This document shows positions 31,646-48,600 of a stretch of DNA of 64,000 nucleotides, piece after piece. Numbering within the stretch: position 1 is the stretch's first letter; every line of letters starts with the position of its first letter. Under the pieces are notes generated by a model. That model did not search any database. It worked only from the letters and a program-made list of their open reading frames with translations, and was not told the origin of the DNA. Origin of the DNA: the human T2T-CHM13v2.0 reference genome, Homo sapiens; NCBI RefSeq assembly GCF_009914755.1, contig NC_060945.1; one strand, 5' to 3'. The position numbers and the translations under genes were made by a program.

Positions 31646-33606
31646 TAGATTTTATGTGAATATATTTCTTTTTCTAGCATAGGCCACAAGCACTCCAAAT
31701 GTCCACTTGCAGATTCTACAAAAAGATTTTTTCCAAACAGCTCAATCAAAGAAAGATCCAACTCTGTGAGATGAATGCACACATCACAAAGAAGTTTCTC
31801 AGATGGCTTCTGTCCAGATTTTATGTCCAGATATTTCCAGTTCTACCACAGGCTTCAAATCACTCCAAATGTCCACTTGTAGATTCTACAAAAAGAGTGC
31901 TTTCAAACTGCATAATCAAAGGAAAGCTTCAGCTCTGTGAGATGAATGCATACCTCACAAAGAAGTTTTACAAAATTCTTCTGTCTGGTTTTTATGTGAA
32001 GATGCTTCCTCCTCCGCCATAGGCCTCAAGCACTACAAATGTCCACTTGCAGATTCTACAAAAAGAGAGCTTCAAAACTGCTCAATCAAAAGAAATGTTT
32101 AACTCTGTGAGATGAATGCACGCATCACAAAGAAGTTTCTCAGATTTCTTCTGTCTATATTTTATGTGAAGATAATTCCTTTTTGACCATAGGCTGCAAA
32201 GCTCTCCAAATGTCCACTTTCAGATTCTGAAAAAAGAGTGTTTCCAAACTGTTCAATCAAAAGAAATGTTCAACTCTGTGAGATGAATACACACATCACA
32301 AATAAGTTTTTCAGAATTCTTCTGTCTAGTTTTTATGTGAAGATACTTTCTTTTCCACCGTAGGCCTCAAAGCACTACAAGTGTCCACTTGCAGATTCTA
32401 CAAAAAGACTGTTCCAAAACTGCTCAAACTAAAGAAAGGTTTAACTCTGTGAGATGAATGCACACATCACAAAGAAGTTTCTCAGATTGCTTCTTGTAGA
32501 TTACATGTGAAGTTAATTCCTTTTCACCATAGGCCACAAAGCACTCAAAAAGTCCACTTGCAGATAATACAAGAGAGTTTCAAAACTGCTCAATCAAAAG
32601 AAAGGTTTAACTCTGTGAGATGAATGCACACATCACAAAGAAATTTCCAAGATTGCTTCTGTCTATATTTTATGTGAAGATATTTCCTTTTCTATCATAG
32701 GCCTCAAAGTGCTCCAAATGTCCACTTGCAGATTCTACAAAAAGAGGGTTTCCACACTGCTAAATTAAAAGTAAGGTTCAACTCTGTGAGATGAGTGCAC
32801 ACATTACAAAGAAGTTTCTCAGAATGCTTCTTTCTCTTTATTATACGAAGATATTTCGTTATCCACCACAGGCCTCAAAGACCTCCAAATGTCCACTTGC
32901 AGATTCTACAAAGAGAGTGTTTCAAAACTGCTCAATCAAAAGTAACGTTCAACTCTGTGAGATGAATGCACACATCACAAAGGTGTTTGTCAGAATGTGT
33001 CTGTCTAGATTTTATGTGAAGATATTTCCTTTTCTACCATAAGACTCAAAGCACTAGAAATGTCCACTTGCAGACTCCAGTAAAAGAGGTTTTCAAACCT
33101 GCTCAATCAAAATAAATGTTCAACTCTCTGAGATGAATGCACACATCACAAAGAAGTTTGTCAGAATGCTTCTGTGTAGTTCTTATGTGACGATATTTCC
33201 TTTTCCACCAAAGGCGTCAAAGCACTCCAAATGTCCAATCACAGATTTTACCAAAAGGGGGCTTCAAAACTGCTAAATCAAAAGTAAGGTTCAACTCTGT
33301 AGGATGAATGCACATATCACAAAGAAGGTTGTCAGAATGCTTCTGTCTAGTGTTTATGCGAAGATATTTCCTTTTTACCATAGGCCTAAAAGTGCGCAAA
33401 ATATCCACTTGCAGATTTTACAAAAAGAGTTCTTCCAAACTGCTAAATCAAAAGAAAGGTTCAACTCTGTGGGATGAATGCACACATCACAAAGAAGTTT
33501 CTTAGAATGCTTCTGTCTAGTTATTATATGAATATATTTTGTTATCCACCATAGGCCTCAAAGCTCTCCAAATGTCCACTTGCAGATTCTACAAAGAGAG
33601 TGTTCT
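31646..33606 (-). repeat. Alpha satellite in inverted orientation, about 11.5 monomers
   Basis: The top strand reads GTCCACTTGCAGATTCTAC...GATGAATGCACACATCACAAAGAAGTTTCTCAG, the reverse complement of the surrounding array. Confidence 0.97.
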
Positions 33607-34513
33607 GGGAGAGGAACCAAGATGGCTGAATAGGAACAGCTCCGGACTACAGCACCCTGTGTGAGCAACGCAGAAGACGGGTGATTTCTGCATTTCCATC
33701 TGAGGTAACGGGTTCATCTCACTAGTGAGTGCCAGACAGTGGGAGCAGGTCAGTGGGTGCGCGCACCGTGCAGGAGCCAAAGCAGGGTGAGGCATTGCCT
33801 CACTCGGGAAGGACTAGGGGTCAGGGAGTTCCCTTTCCTAGTCAAAGAAATGGGTGACATACGGCACCGAGAATTCAGGTCACTCCCACCCGAATACTGC
33901 GCTTTTCCCATGGGCTTAAAAAATGCCACACGAAGAGATTATATCCCGCACCTGGCTTGGAGGGTCCTACGCCTACGGAGTCTCACTGATTGCTAGCACA
34001 GCTGTCTGAGATCAAACTGCAAGGAGGCAGTGAGGCTAGGGGAGGGGCGCCCGCCATTGCCCAGGCTTGCTAAGGTAAACAAAGCAGCTGGGAAGCTCGA
34101 AATGGGTGGAGCCCACCTCAGCTCAAGGAGGCCTGCCTGCCTCTGTAGGCTCCACCTCTGGGGGCAGGACACAGACAAACAAAAAGTCAGCAGTAACCTC
34201 TGCAGACGTAAATGTCCCTGTCTGACAGCTTTGAAGAGAGCAGTGGTTCTCCCAGCACGCAGCTGGAGATCTAAGCATGGGCAGACTGTCTCCTCAACTG
34301 GGGCCCTGACCCCTGACCCCTGAGCAGCCTAACTGGGAGGCACCCACCCAGCAGGGGCAGACTGACACCTCACATGGCCAGGTACTTCAACAGACGTGCA
34401 GCTGAGGGTCCTGTTTGTTAGAAGGAAAACTAACAAACAGAAAGGACATCCACAGCAAAAACCCATCAGTACCTCACCATCATCAAAGACCAAAAGTAGA
34501 TAAAACCACAAAG
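33607..34513 (+). promoter_or_regulatory. L1 5'UTR promoter; YY1 core CAAGATGGC retained at 33618-33626
   Basis: Canonical L1 5'UTR sequence up to the ORF1 ATG. The antisense ORF0 has its ATG but stops early (...ASNQ*). Confidence 0.85.
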
Positions 34514-35530
34514 ATGGGGAAAAAACAGAGCAGAAAAACTGGAAACTCTAAAAAGCAGAGCGCCTCTCCTCCTCCAAAGGAATGCAGTTCCTCACCAGCA
34601 ATGGAACAAAGCTGGATGGAGAATGACTTTGACTAGCTGAGAGAAGAAGGCTTCAGATGATTAAATTACTCTGAGCTACAGGAGGACATTCAAACCAAAG
34701 ACAAAGAAGTTGAAAACGTTGAAAAAAATTTAGAAGGTTGTATAACTAGAATAACCAACACAGAGAAGTGCTTAAAGGAGCTGATGGAGCTGAAAGCCAA
34801 GGCTCGAGAAGTACATGAAGAATGCAGAAGGCTTAGGAGCTGATGTGATCAACTGGAAGAAAGGGTATCAGCAATGGAAGATGAAGTGGATGAAATGAAG
34901 CAAGAAAGGAAATTTAGAGAAAAAAGAATAAAAAGAAATGAACAAAGCCTCCAAGAAATATGGGACTATGTGAAAAGACCAAATCTATGTCTGATTGGTG
35001 TACCTGAAAGGGATGGGGAGAATGGAACCAAGTTGGAAAACACTCTGCAGGATATTATCCAGGAGAACTTCCCCAATCTAGCAAGGCAGGCCAACATTCA
35101 GATTCAGAAAATACAGAGAATGCCACAAAGATACTCCTCGAGAAGAGCAACTCCAAGACACATAATTGTCAGATTCACCAAAGTTGAAATGAAGGAAAAA
35201 ATGTTAAGGGCAGCCAAAGAGAAAGGTCGGGTTACCCTCAAAGGGAAGCCCATTAGACTAAGAGCAGATCCCTCAGCAGAAACTCAATAAGCCAGAAGAG
35301 AGTGGGGGCCAATATTCAACATTCTTAAAGAAAAGAATTTTCAACCCAGAATTTCATATCCAGACAAACTAAGCTTCATAAGCAAAGGAAAAATAAAATA
35401 CTTTACAGACAAGCAAATGCTGAGAGATTTTGTCACCACCAGGCCTGCCCTAAGAGAGCTCCTGAAGGAAGCACTAAATATGGAGAGGAACAACCGATAC
35501 CAGCCACGGCAAAATCATGCCAAATTGTAA
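34514..35530 (+). pseudogene. L1 ORF1p, disrupted
   Basis: MGKKQSRKTGNSKKQSASPPPKE...WMENDFD ends in TAG at 34634-34636. Further stops follow, and the frame ends at CAAATTGTAA. Confidence 0.95.
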
Positions 35531-35593
35531 AGACCATCATGACTAGGAAGAACCTGCACCAACTAACAAGCAAAATAACCAGCTAACATCATA

Positions 35594-39411
<3,818 letters not shown>

Positions 39412-39464
39412 GCAATGAGAACACATGGACACAGGAAGGGGAACATCACACTCTGGGGACGGAT

Positions 39465-39488
39465 GTGGGGTAGGGGGAGGGGGGAGGG
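39465..39488 (+). other. G-rich polypurine tract of the L1 3'UTR (potential G-quadruplex)
   Basis: GTGGGGTAGGGGGAGGGGGGAGGG contains four G-runs and is a known L1 3'UTR feature. Confidence 0.8.
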
Positions 39489-39642
39489 ATAGCATTAGGA
39501 GATATACCTAATGCTAAATGACGAGTCAATGGGCTCAGCACACCAACATGGCACATGTACACATATGTAACAAACCTGCACAATGTGCACATGTACCCTA
39601 AAACTTAAAGTATCATAATAATACAATAAAATAAATTAAAAC

Positions 39643-42600
39643 AAAAACTATACAGCAGTACTCTGAGAAACTTCCTTGCAATGTGTACACTGAACTCTCG
39701 CAGTTGAACATATCTTTGGATTGAACGGGTTTGAAAATATCTTTTTGTAGAACCTGGAAGTGGATATATGGAGCCCTTTGCGGCCTACAGTGTAAAAGGA
39801 AATATCTTCACAAAAAAACTACACAGAAGCATTCTGAGAAACTTCTTTGTGAAGGGTGCATTCATCTCACAGACTTCAACCTTTCTTTTGATTGACCAGT
39901 TTAGAAACTTTTTTTGTAGAATGTGCAAGTGGATATTTGGAACGCTTTGGGGACTATTGTGGAAAAGGAAATATCTTTACATAAAAACTACACAGAAGCA
40001 TTCTGAGAAGTTTCTTTGTGATGTGTGCATTCATCTTACAAAGTTGAAACTTTCTTTTGTTTGAGCAGTTTGGAGACACTCTTTTTGTAGAATCTGCCAG
40101 TGGATATTTGGAGCCGTTTGAGGCTTATGGTGGAAAAGGAAATATCTTCAGATAAACACTACACAGAATCATTCTGAAACACTGCTTTGTGAAGTGTGAA
40201 TCCATCTCACAGAGTTGAACCTTACTTTTGATTAAGCAGTTTTGAAACGCTCTTTTTGTGGAATGTGAAAGTGGATATTTGGAGTGCTTTGAGGTCTATG
40301 GTGGAAAAACTACAAAGAAGGATTCTGAGAAACTTCTTTGTGATGTGTGCATTCAACTCACAGATTTGAACATATCTGTGGATTGAGCAGCTTTGAAACT
40401 GCCTTTTTGTTCAATCTGCAATGGGATATTTTGAGCCCATTGCGGCCTATGTTGGAAAAGGAAATATCTTCAGATAAAAACTACACAGAAGCATTCTGAG
40501 AAACTTCTTTGTGATGTGTACATTCATCTCACAGAGTAGAACCTTTCTTTTGATTGAGCAGTTATGAAATACACTTTTTGTAGAATGTTCAAGTAGATAT
40601 TTGGAGGGCTTTGAGGCCTATTGTGGAAAAGTTAATATCTTCAAATAAAAACTACTCAGAATCATTCTGAGAAACTACTTTGTGATCTGCGAATTCATCT
40701 GAAAGACTTCAAAATTTATTTTGTTTGGACAGTATGGAAACTCTTTTTATAGAATCTGCAAGTGAATATTTGGAGAGATTTGAGGCCTATGGCAGAAATG
40801 GAAATATCTTTACATGAAAACTACACAAAAGCATTCTGTGAAACTTCTTTATGATGTGTGCATTCAACTCACAGAGCTAAACCTAACTTTTGATTGACCA
40901 GTTTTGAAACTCTCTTTTGTAGAATCTGCAAGGGGATATTTGGAGTGCTTTGAGGCCTACTGTGGAAAAGGGAATATCCTCACATAAAAACTACACAGAA
41001 GCATTATGAGAAGCTTCTTTGTGATGTGTGCATTCAACTCACAGAGTTGAATATTTCTTTTGATTGTGCAGCTTGGAAACACTGTTTTTGTAGAATCTGC
41101 AAATGGATATTTGGAGCACTATGTGGTCTATTGTGGAAAAGAAAATATCTTCACATAAAAACTTCACCGAAGCATTCTAAGAGACTTCTTTGTTATGTGT
41201 GTATTCAACTCACAGAGTTGAACCTATCTTTTGATACAGCAGTTTTGAAACTCTCTTTTTATAGAATCTGAAAATGGATATTTGGAGCCCTTTGCAGCTT
41301 ATGGTGTAAAAGGAAATATCCTCACATAAAAACTATGCAGAAGCATCCTGAGAAACTACTTTGTGATGTGCTCATTCATCTCACAGAGTTGAACTTTTCT
41401 TTTGATTGTGCAGTTTGGAAACACTCTTTTTGTAGAATCTGCAGGTGGATATTTGGAGGGTTTTGAGCCCTATGGTGGTAAAGGAAATGTCATCACATGA
41501 AAAATAAACAGAGGCATTCTGAGAAACTTCTTTGTGACTTGTGGATCCACCTCCCAGAGTTGAACCTATCGTTTGATTAAGAAGTTTTGAAACTCTATTT
41601 TGTAGAACCTGCAAGTGGATATTTGGAGCCATTTGCGGCCTATGGTGTAAAAGGAAATATCTTCACTTTAAAACTACACAGAAACATTCTGAGACACTTC
41701 TTTGTGACGTGTGCATTTATCTCACAGAGTTGAACCTTTCTTTTGATTGAGCAGTTTGGAAACACTCTTTTTGTAGAATCTTCAAGTGGATATTTGGAGT
41801 GCTTTAAGGCCTATTGTGAAAAAGGAAATATCTTCACATAAAAACTACACAGAAACATTCTGAGTAACTTCTTTGTGATGTGTGCATTCATCTGACAGAG
41901 TTGAACCTCTCTTTAGTTTGAAGAGTTTGGACTCTCTTTTTGTAGAATCTGCAATTTAATATTTGGAGCACTTTGAGGCCTACGGTGGAAAAGGAAATAT
42001 CTTCACATAAAAACTACACAAAACTATTATGAGAAACTTCTTTGTGGTGTGTGCATTCAACTCACAGGGTTGAACTTATCTTTTGGTTGACCAGTTTTGA
42101 AACTCTCTTTTTGTAGAATCTGCAAGTGGATATTAGGAAACCCTTGTGGCCTATGGTGGAAAAGGTAATATCTTCACATAAAAAGTACACAGAAGCATTC
42201 TGAGAAACTCTTTGTAATGTGAGCATTCATCTCACAGATTTGCACCTCTGTTTTGATTGAGCAGTTTCAATCTGCAAGTGTATATTTGGAGCGTTTTGTG
42301 GCTATGGTAGAAAAGGAAATATCTTCTCATAAAAAGTACACAGAAGCATTCTGAGAAACTTCTTTGTGATGTATTCATTCTACTCACAGATTTGAACCTA
42401 TTTTTTGATAGAGCGGTTTTGAAACTGTCTTTTTCAATAATCCGCAAGTGGATATTGGTAGCCCTATGCGGCCTAAAATGGAAAAGGAAATATCTTCACA
42501 AAAAAAACTACACAGAAGAATTTTGAGAAACTTCTTTGTGATGTGTGCATTCCTCTCAGAGTGTTGAACGTTTCTTTTGATTGCGCAGTTTGGAAACACT

Positions 42601-45600
42601 CTTTTTGCAGAATGTGCAAATTGCTATTTGTAGCACTTTGAGGCCTCTGGTGGAAAAGGAAATATCTTCACATAAAAAATACCCAGAAGCATTCTGAGAA
42701 ATTTCTCTGTGATCTGTGCATTCAACTCAGAGGGTTGAATCTATCTTTTGATTGAGCATTTTGAATCTCTCTTTCTGTGGAATCTGCAAGTGGATATTTG
42801 GAGCCCTTTGCGGCCTATGGTGGAAAAAGAAATATCATCACATAAAAACTACACAGAAGCATTCTGAGAAACTTTTTGTGATGTGTGCATTCATCTCACG
42901 GGGTTGAACCTATCTTTTCATTGAGCAGCTTTGAAACTCACCTTTTGAAGAATCTGGAATGGGTATTTGGAGGCCTTTGTGGCATATGGTGCAAAAGGAA
43001 ATATCTTCACATAAAAACTACACAGAAGCATTCTGAGAAACTTCTTTGTGATGTGTGCATTCAACTCACAGAGTTGAAGCTACCTTTGATTGATCAGTTT
43101 TGAATCTCTCTTTTTGTAGAAGCTGCAAGTGGATATTTGGAGCCCTTTGCAGCCTATAGTGGAAAAGGAAGTATCTTCACATAAAAACTACACAGAAGCA
43201 TTCTGAGAAACTTCTTGTTGTTGTGTGCATTCATCTCACACACTTGAACCTATCTTTTGATTGAGCAGTTTTGAAACTCTCTGTTGGTAGAATCTGAAAT
43301 TGGATATCTGGAGTACTTTGGTGCCTATTGTGGAAAAGGAAATATCTTCACAAAAAAACTACATGAAAACATTCTGAGAAACTTCTTTGTGATGTATGCA
43401 TTCATCTCACAGAGTTGAACCTTTCTGTCGATTCAGCAGTTTTCACATTCTTTTTGTAGAATCTGCAAGTGGATATTTGGAGCGCTTTGGGGCCTATTGT
43501 GGAAAAGGAAATATCTTCACAGAAAAATTACACAGAAGCATTCTGAGGAAGTTCTTTGTGATATGTACATTTATCTGACAGTGTTGGACATTTCTTTTGT
43601 TTGAGCAGTTTGGCATCACTCTTTTTGTAGAATCTGCAAGTGGATATTTGGAGAGTCTTGAAGCCTATGGTGTAAAAGTAAGTATCTTCACATAAAAACT
43701 ATACAGAAGCAGTCTGAGAAAATTCCTTGTGGTGTGTGCATTCTTCTCACAGAGTTGAACCCATGTTATGATTGAGCAGTTTTGAGACACTCTTTCTGTA
43801 GAAACTGCAAGTGGATATTTGGAGCGCTTTGAGGCCTGTTGAATAAAAGGAACTATCTTCATATAAAAACTACACAGAATCATTGTGAGAAACTAGTTTG
43901 TGATGAGTGCATTCATAACACAGAGTTGAACCTATCTTTTGATTCAGTAGTTTTGAATCTCTCTTTTTGTAGAATCTGCAGGTAGATATTTGGAGCCTTT
44001 TTCAACCTACTGTGGAAAAGGAAATATCTTGAAATAAAAACTACACGGAAGGCTTCTGAGAATGTTCTTTGTGATGTGTGCATTCATCTCACAGTGTTGA
44101 ACCTTTCTTTTGGTAGAGCAGTTTTGAAACACAGTTTTTGAAAAATCTGCAAGAGGATATTTTGAGCGCTTTGATGCCTACTGTGGAAAAGTAAATATTT
44201 TCACATAAAAACTACGCAGAGGCATTCTGAGTAACTCCTTTGTGATGTGTGCATTTATCTCACAGAGTTGAACCTTCTTTTTGATTGAGCAGATTTGAAA
44301 CACTCTTTCTGTTAATCTTCAAGTGGATATTTTGAGCACTTTGAGGACTATAGTGGAAAAGGAAATATCTTCACATAAAACTACACAGAAGCATTCTGAG
44401 AAACTTCTTTGTCATGTGAGCATTCAACACACAGAGTTGAACCTATCTTTTGAAAGAACAGTTTTGAATCGCTCTTTTTGTATAATCTGCAAAAGGATAT
44501 TTGAATACCTTGTGGTCTATGGAGGAAAAGGAAATATCTTCAAATAAATACTACACAGAAGCATTCTGAGAAACTACTTTGTGATGTGTGCATTCATCCC
44601 ACAGACTTGAAACTATCTTATGATTGAGCAGTTTTGAAACACTCTCTTTGTAGAATCTGAAAGTGGTTACTTGGGGCACTCTGGGTCCTAATGTGGAAAA
44701 CGAAATATCTTTACATAAAAACTACACAGAAGGATTCTGAGAAACTACTTTGTGATGTGTGCATTCATTTGACAGAGTTGAACCTTTCTTAAGATTGAGC
44801 AGTTTCTAAATACAGTATTTGTAGAATCTGCAAGTGGATATTTGGAGCCCTTTGAGCCCTACTGTGGAAAAACAAATATCTTCACATAAAAAACACAGAG
44901 GCATTCTGAGAAACTTCTTTGTGACGTGTGCACTCATCTCACAGTGTTGAAACTTTCTTTTGATTGAGGAGTTTTGAAACACTGTTTTTGTAGAATCTGC
45001 AGGAGGATATTTGGAGCACTTTGAGACCTATTGTGGAGAAGGAAATAATTTCACATAAAAACTACTCTGAAATATTCTGAGAAACTAATTTGTGATGAGT
45101 GCATTCATCACACAGATTTGAAATTTTCTTTTGATTGAGCAGTTTTGAAACACTCTTTTTGTGGAACCTGCAAGTGGATATTTGGAGGGATTTTAGGCCT
45201 ATTTTGGAAAAGGAAGTATCTTCACATAAAAACCACACGGAAGCATTCTGAGAAACTTCTTTGTGATGTGTGCATTCAACTCCAGAGCTGAACCTATCTT
45301 TTGATTGAACAGTTTTAAATTTCACTTTTTTTATTATCTGCAAGTGGACATATGGATCCGTTTGTGGCCTATGGTGCAAAAGAAAATATCTTCAAATAAA
45401 AACTACACAGAAACATCTGAGAAACTTCTTTGTGATGTGTGCATTCATCTCACAGGGTTGAACCTATCTTATCATTGAGCAGTTTTGAAACACTCTTTTT
45501 GTAGAATCTGCAAATGGCTATTTTGAGCCCTTTGTGGTCTATGGAGGAAAATAAAATATCTTCAAATAAAAACTACACAGAAGCATTCTCAGAAACTTCT

Positions 45601-48600
45601 AGGTGATGTGTGCATTCATCTCACAGAGTTGAACCTGTCTTTTCACTGAGCAGATTTCAGACACTCTTTTTGTAGAATCAGCAAGTGGATATTTGGTGGG
45701 CTTTGATGCTTTTTGGAAAGGAAATATCTTCACATAAATACTACACAGAAGCTTTCTGAGAAACTTCCTTGTGATATATGCATTCATCTCCCAGAGATAA
45801 AACTTTCTTTTGATTGAGCAGCTTTGAAGCACTCGTTTGTAGAATCTGCAAGTGGATATTTGGAGACCTTTGTGGCTTATGGTGGAAAGAGAAATACCTT
45901 CACATAAAAACTACACAGAAGCATTCTGAGAAACTTCTTTGTGATGTGTGTATTCAACTCACAGCCTTGAACCTATCTCTTGATTGAGCAGTTTTGGATC
46001 TCTCTTTTTCTAAAATCTGCAAGTGGATATTTGGAGCCCTTTGCGGTCCTTGGCGGCAAAGGAAATATCTTCAAATAAAAACTACACAGAAGCACTCTGA
46101 GAAACATCTTGATGATGTGTGCATTCAAATCACAGAGGTGAACTTATCTTATGATTGAGCAGTTTTGAAACACTCTCTTTGTAGAATCTGAAAGTGGATA
46201 CTTGGAGCACTTTGAGTGTTATTGGGGAAAAGGAAATATCTTCAAATAAAAACTAGACAGAAGCATTCTGAGAAACTTCTTTGTGATGTGTGCATTCATC
46301 TCTCACAGTTGAAACTTTCTTTTGATTGAGGAGTTTTGAAACACTCTTTTTGTAGAATCTGCAAGTGGATATTTGGAGCGCTTTGAGGCCTACTTTGGAA
46401 AAGCAATTATCTTTACTTAAAAACTACACAGAAGCATTCTGAGAAAATTTTTTGATGTGTGCGTTCATCTCACACAGTTGAAACATTCTTTTGATTGGGC
46501 AGTTTTGAAACACTCTTTCTGTAGAATCTGCAAGTGGATATTTTGAGCATTTTGAGGCCTATAGTGGAAAATGAAATATCTTCACATAAAAACTACACAG
46601 AATCATTCTGAGAAACATCTTTGTCATGAGAACATTCATCTCACAGAGTTGAACCTATCTTTTCAAAGAGCAGCTTTGAATCTCTCTTTTTGTAGAAACT
46701 GAAAGAAGATATTTGTAGTCCTTTGCAGCATATGGCGGAAAAGGAAATGTCTTCAAATAAATACTACACAGAACCATTCTGAGAAACTTCTTCGTGGTGT
46801 GTGCATTCATCCCACAGACTTGAAATTATCTTATGATTGAGCAGTTTTGAAACACTCTCTTTGTAGAATCTGAAAGTGGATACTTGGAGTGCTGTGGGTC
46901 CTATTGTGGAAAAGGAAATATCTTCACATAAAAACTACACAGAAGGATTCTGAGAAACTACTTTGTGCTGTGTACATTCATCTCACAGAGTTGAACCTTT
47001 CTTTTGATTGAGCAGTTTTGAAGCACTGTTTTTGTAGAATCTGCAAGTGGATACTTGGAGCGCTTTGAGGCCTACTGTGGAAAAGCAAATATCTTCACAT
47101 AAAAACTACACAGAGGCATTCTGAGAAATTTCTTTGTGATGTGTGCATTCATCTCACAGAGTTGAAATTTCTTTTGATTTAGCAGTTTTAAAACACTGTT
47201 TTTGTGGATCTGAAAGTGGATATTTGGAGCGCTTTGAGGCCTATTGTGGAAAAGGAAATAATTTCACATAAAAACTACTCTGAAACATTCTGAGAAACTA
47301 ATATGTGATGAGTGCATTCATCACACAGAGTTGAACCTTTCTTTTGACTGAGCAGTTTTAAAACACTCTTTTTGTAGAATCTGCAAGTGGATATTTGGAG
47401 GGCTTTGAGGTCTACTTTGGAAAAGGAAATACCTTCACATAAAAACTACACAGGAGCATTCTGAGAAACATCTTTGTGATCTGTGCATTCAACTCTCAGA
47501 GTTGAACCTATCTTTTGATTGAACGGTTTTGAATCTCACTTTTTTTATTATCTGCAAGTGGATATTTGGTGCCCTTTGCGGCGTACAGTGGAAAAGGAAA
47601 TATCTTCAAATAAAAACTCACAGAAGCATTCTGAGAAACTTCTATGTGATGTGTGCCTTAATATCACAGAGTTGAACCTATGTTATTATTGAGAAGTTTG
47701 GAAACACTATTTTTGCAGAATCTGCAAGTGGATATTTGGAGGGCTTTGAGGTCTACTTTGGAAAAGGAAATACCTTCACATAAAAACTACACAGGAGCAT
47801 TCTGAGAAACATCTTTGTGATCTGTGCATTCAACTCTCAGAGTTGAACCTATCTTTTGATTGAACGGTTTTGAATCTCACTTTTTTTATTATCTGCAAGT
47901 GGATATTTGGTGCCCTTTGCAGCATACAGTGGAAAAGGAAATATCTTCAAATAAAAACTCACGGAAGCATTCTGAGAAACTTCTATGTGATGTGTGCCTT
48001 AATATCACAGAGTTGAACCTATGTTATTATTGAGAAGTTTGGAAACACTATTTTTGTAGAATCTGCAAGTGGATATTTGGAGCACTTTGAGGCATATGGT
48101 GTAAAAGGAAATATCTTCACGTAAAAACTACACAGAAGCATTCTGAGAAACTTCCTGGTGATGTGGGCCTTCATCTCCCAGAGTTGAAACTTTCTTTTGA
48201 TTGAGCAGCTTAGAAACACTCTTTTTGTAGAATCTGCAAGTGGATATTTGGAGCCCTTTGTTTCTTATGGTGGTCAAGGAAATATCTTCCCATAGAAACT
48301 ACACAGAATCATTCTGAGAAACTTCATTGTGATGTGTGAATTCATCTCACAGAGTTGAACCTATATTATGGTTTAGCAGTTTTCAAACACTCTCTTAGAA
48401 GAATCTGCAAGTGGAACCATGGAACGATTTGAGGCATATTGTGGAAAAGGAAATATGTTCACATAAAAACTACACAAAAGCCTTCTGAGAAAGTTCTTTG
48501 TGATGTGTGCATTCAACTCACAGAGTCTAATCTGTCTTTTGATTGAGCAGTTTTGAAATACTGTTTTTGTAGAATCTGCAAGTGGATATTTGTTGGGCTT

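Noticed and set aside
33590-33606. Independent L1 insertions into the same monomer position as the explanation for the matching junctions
   Set aside because: About five flanking monomers and private L1 mutations are also shared, which a shared target preference cannot produce.
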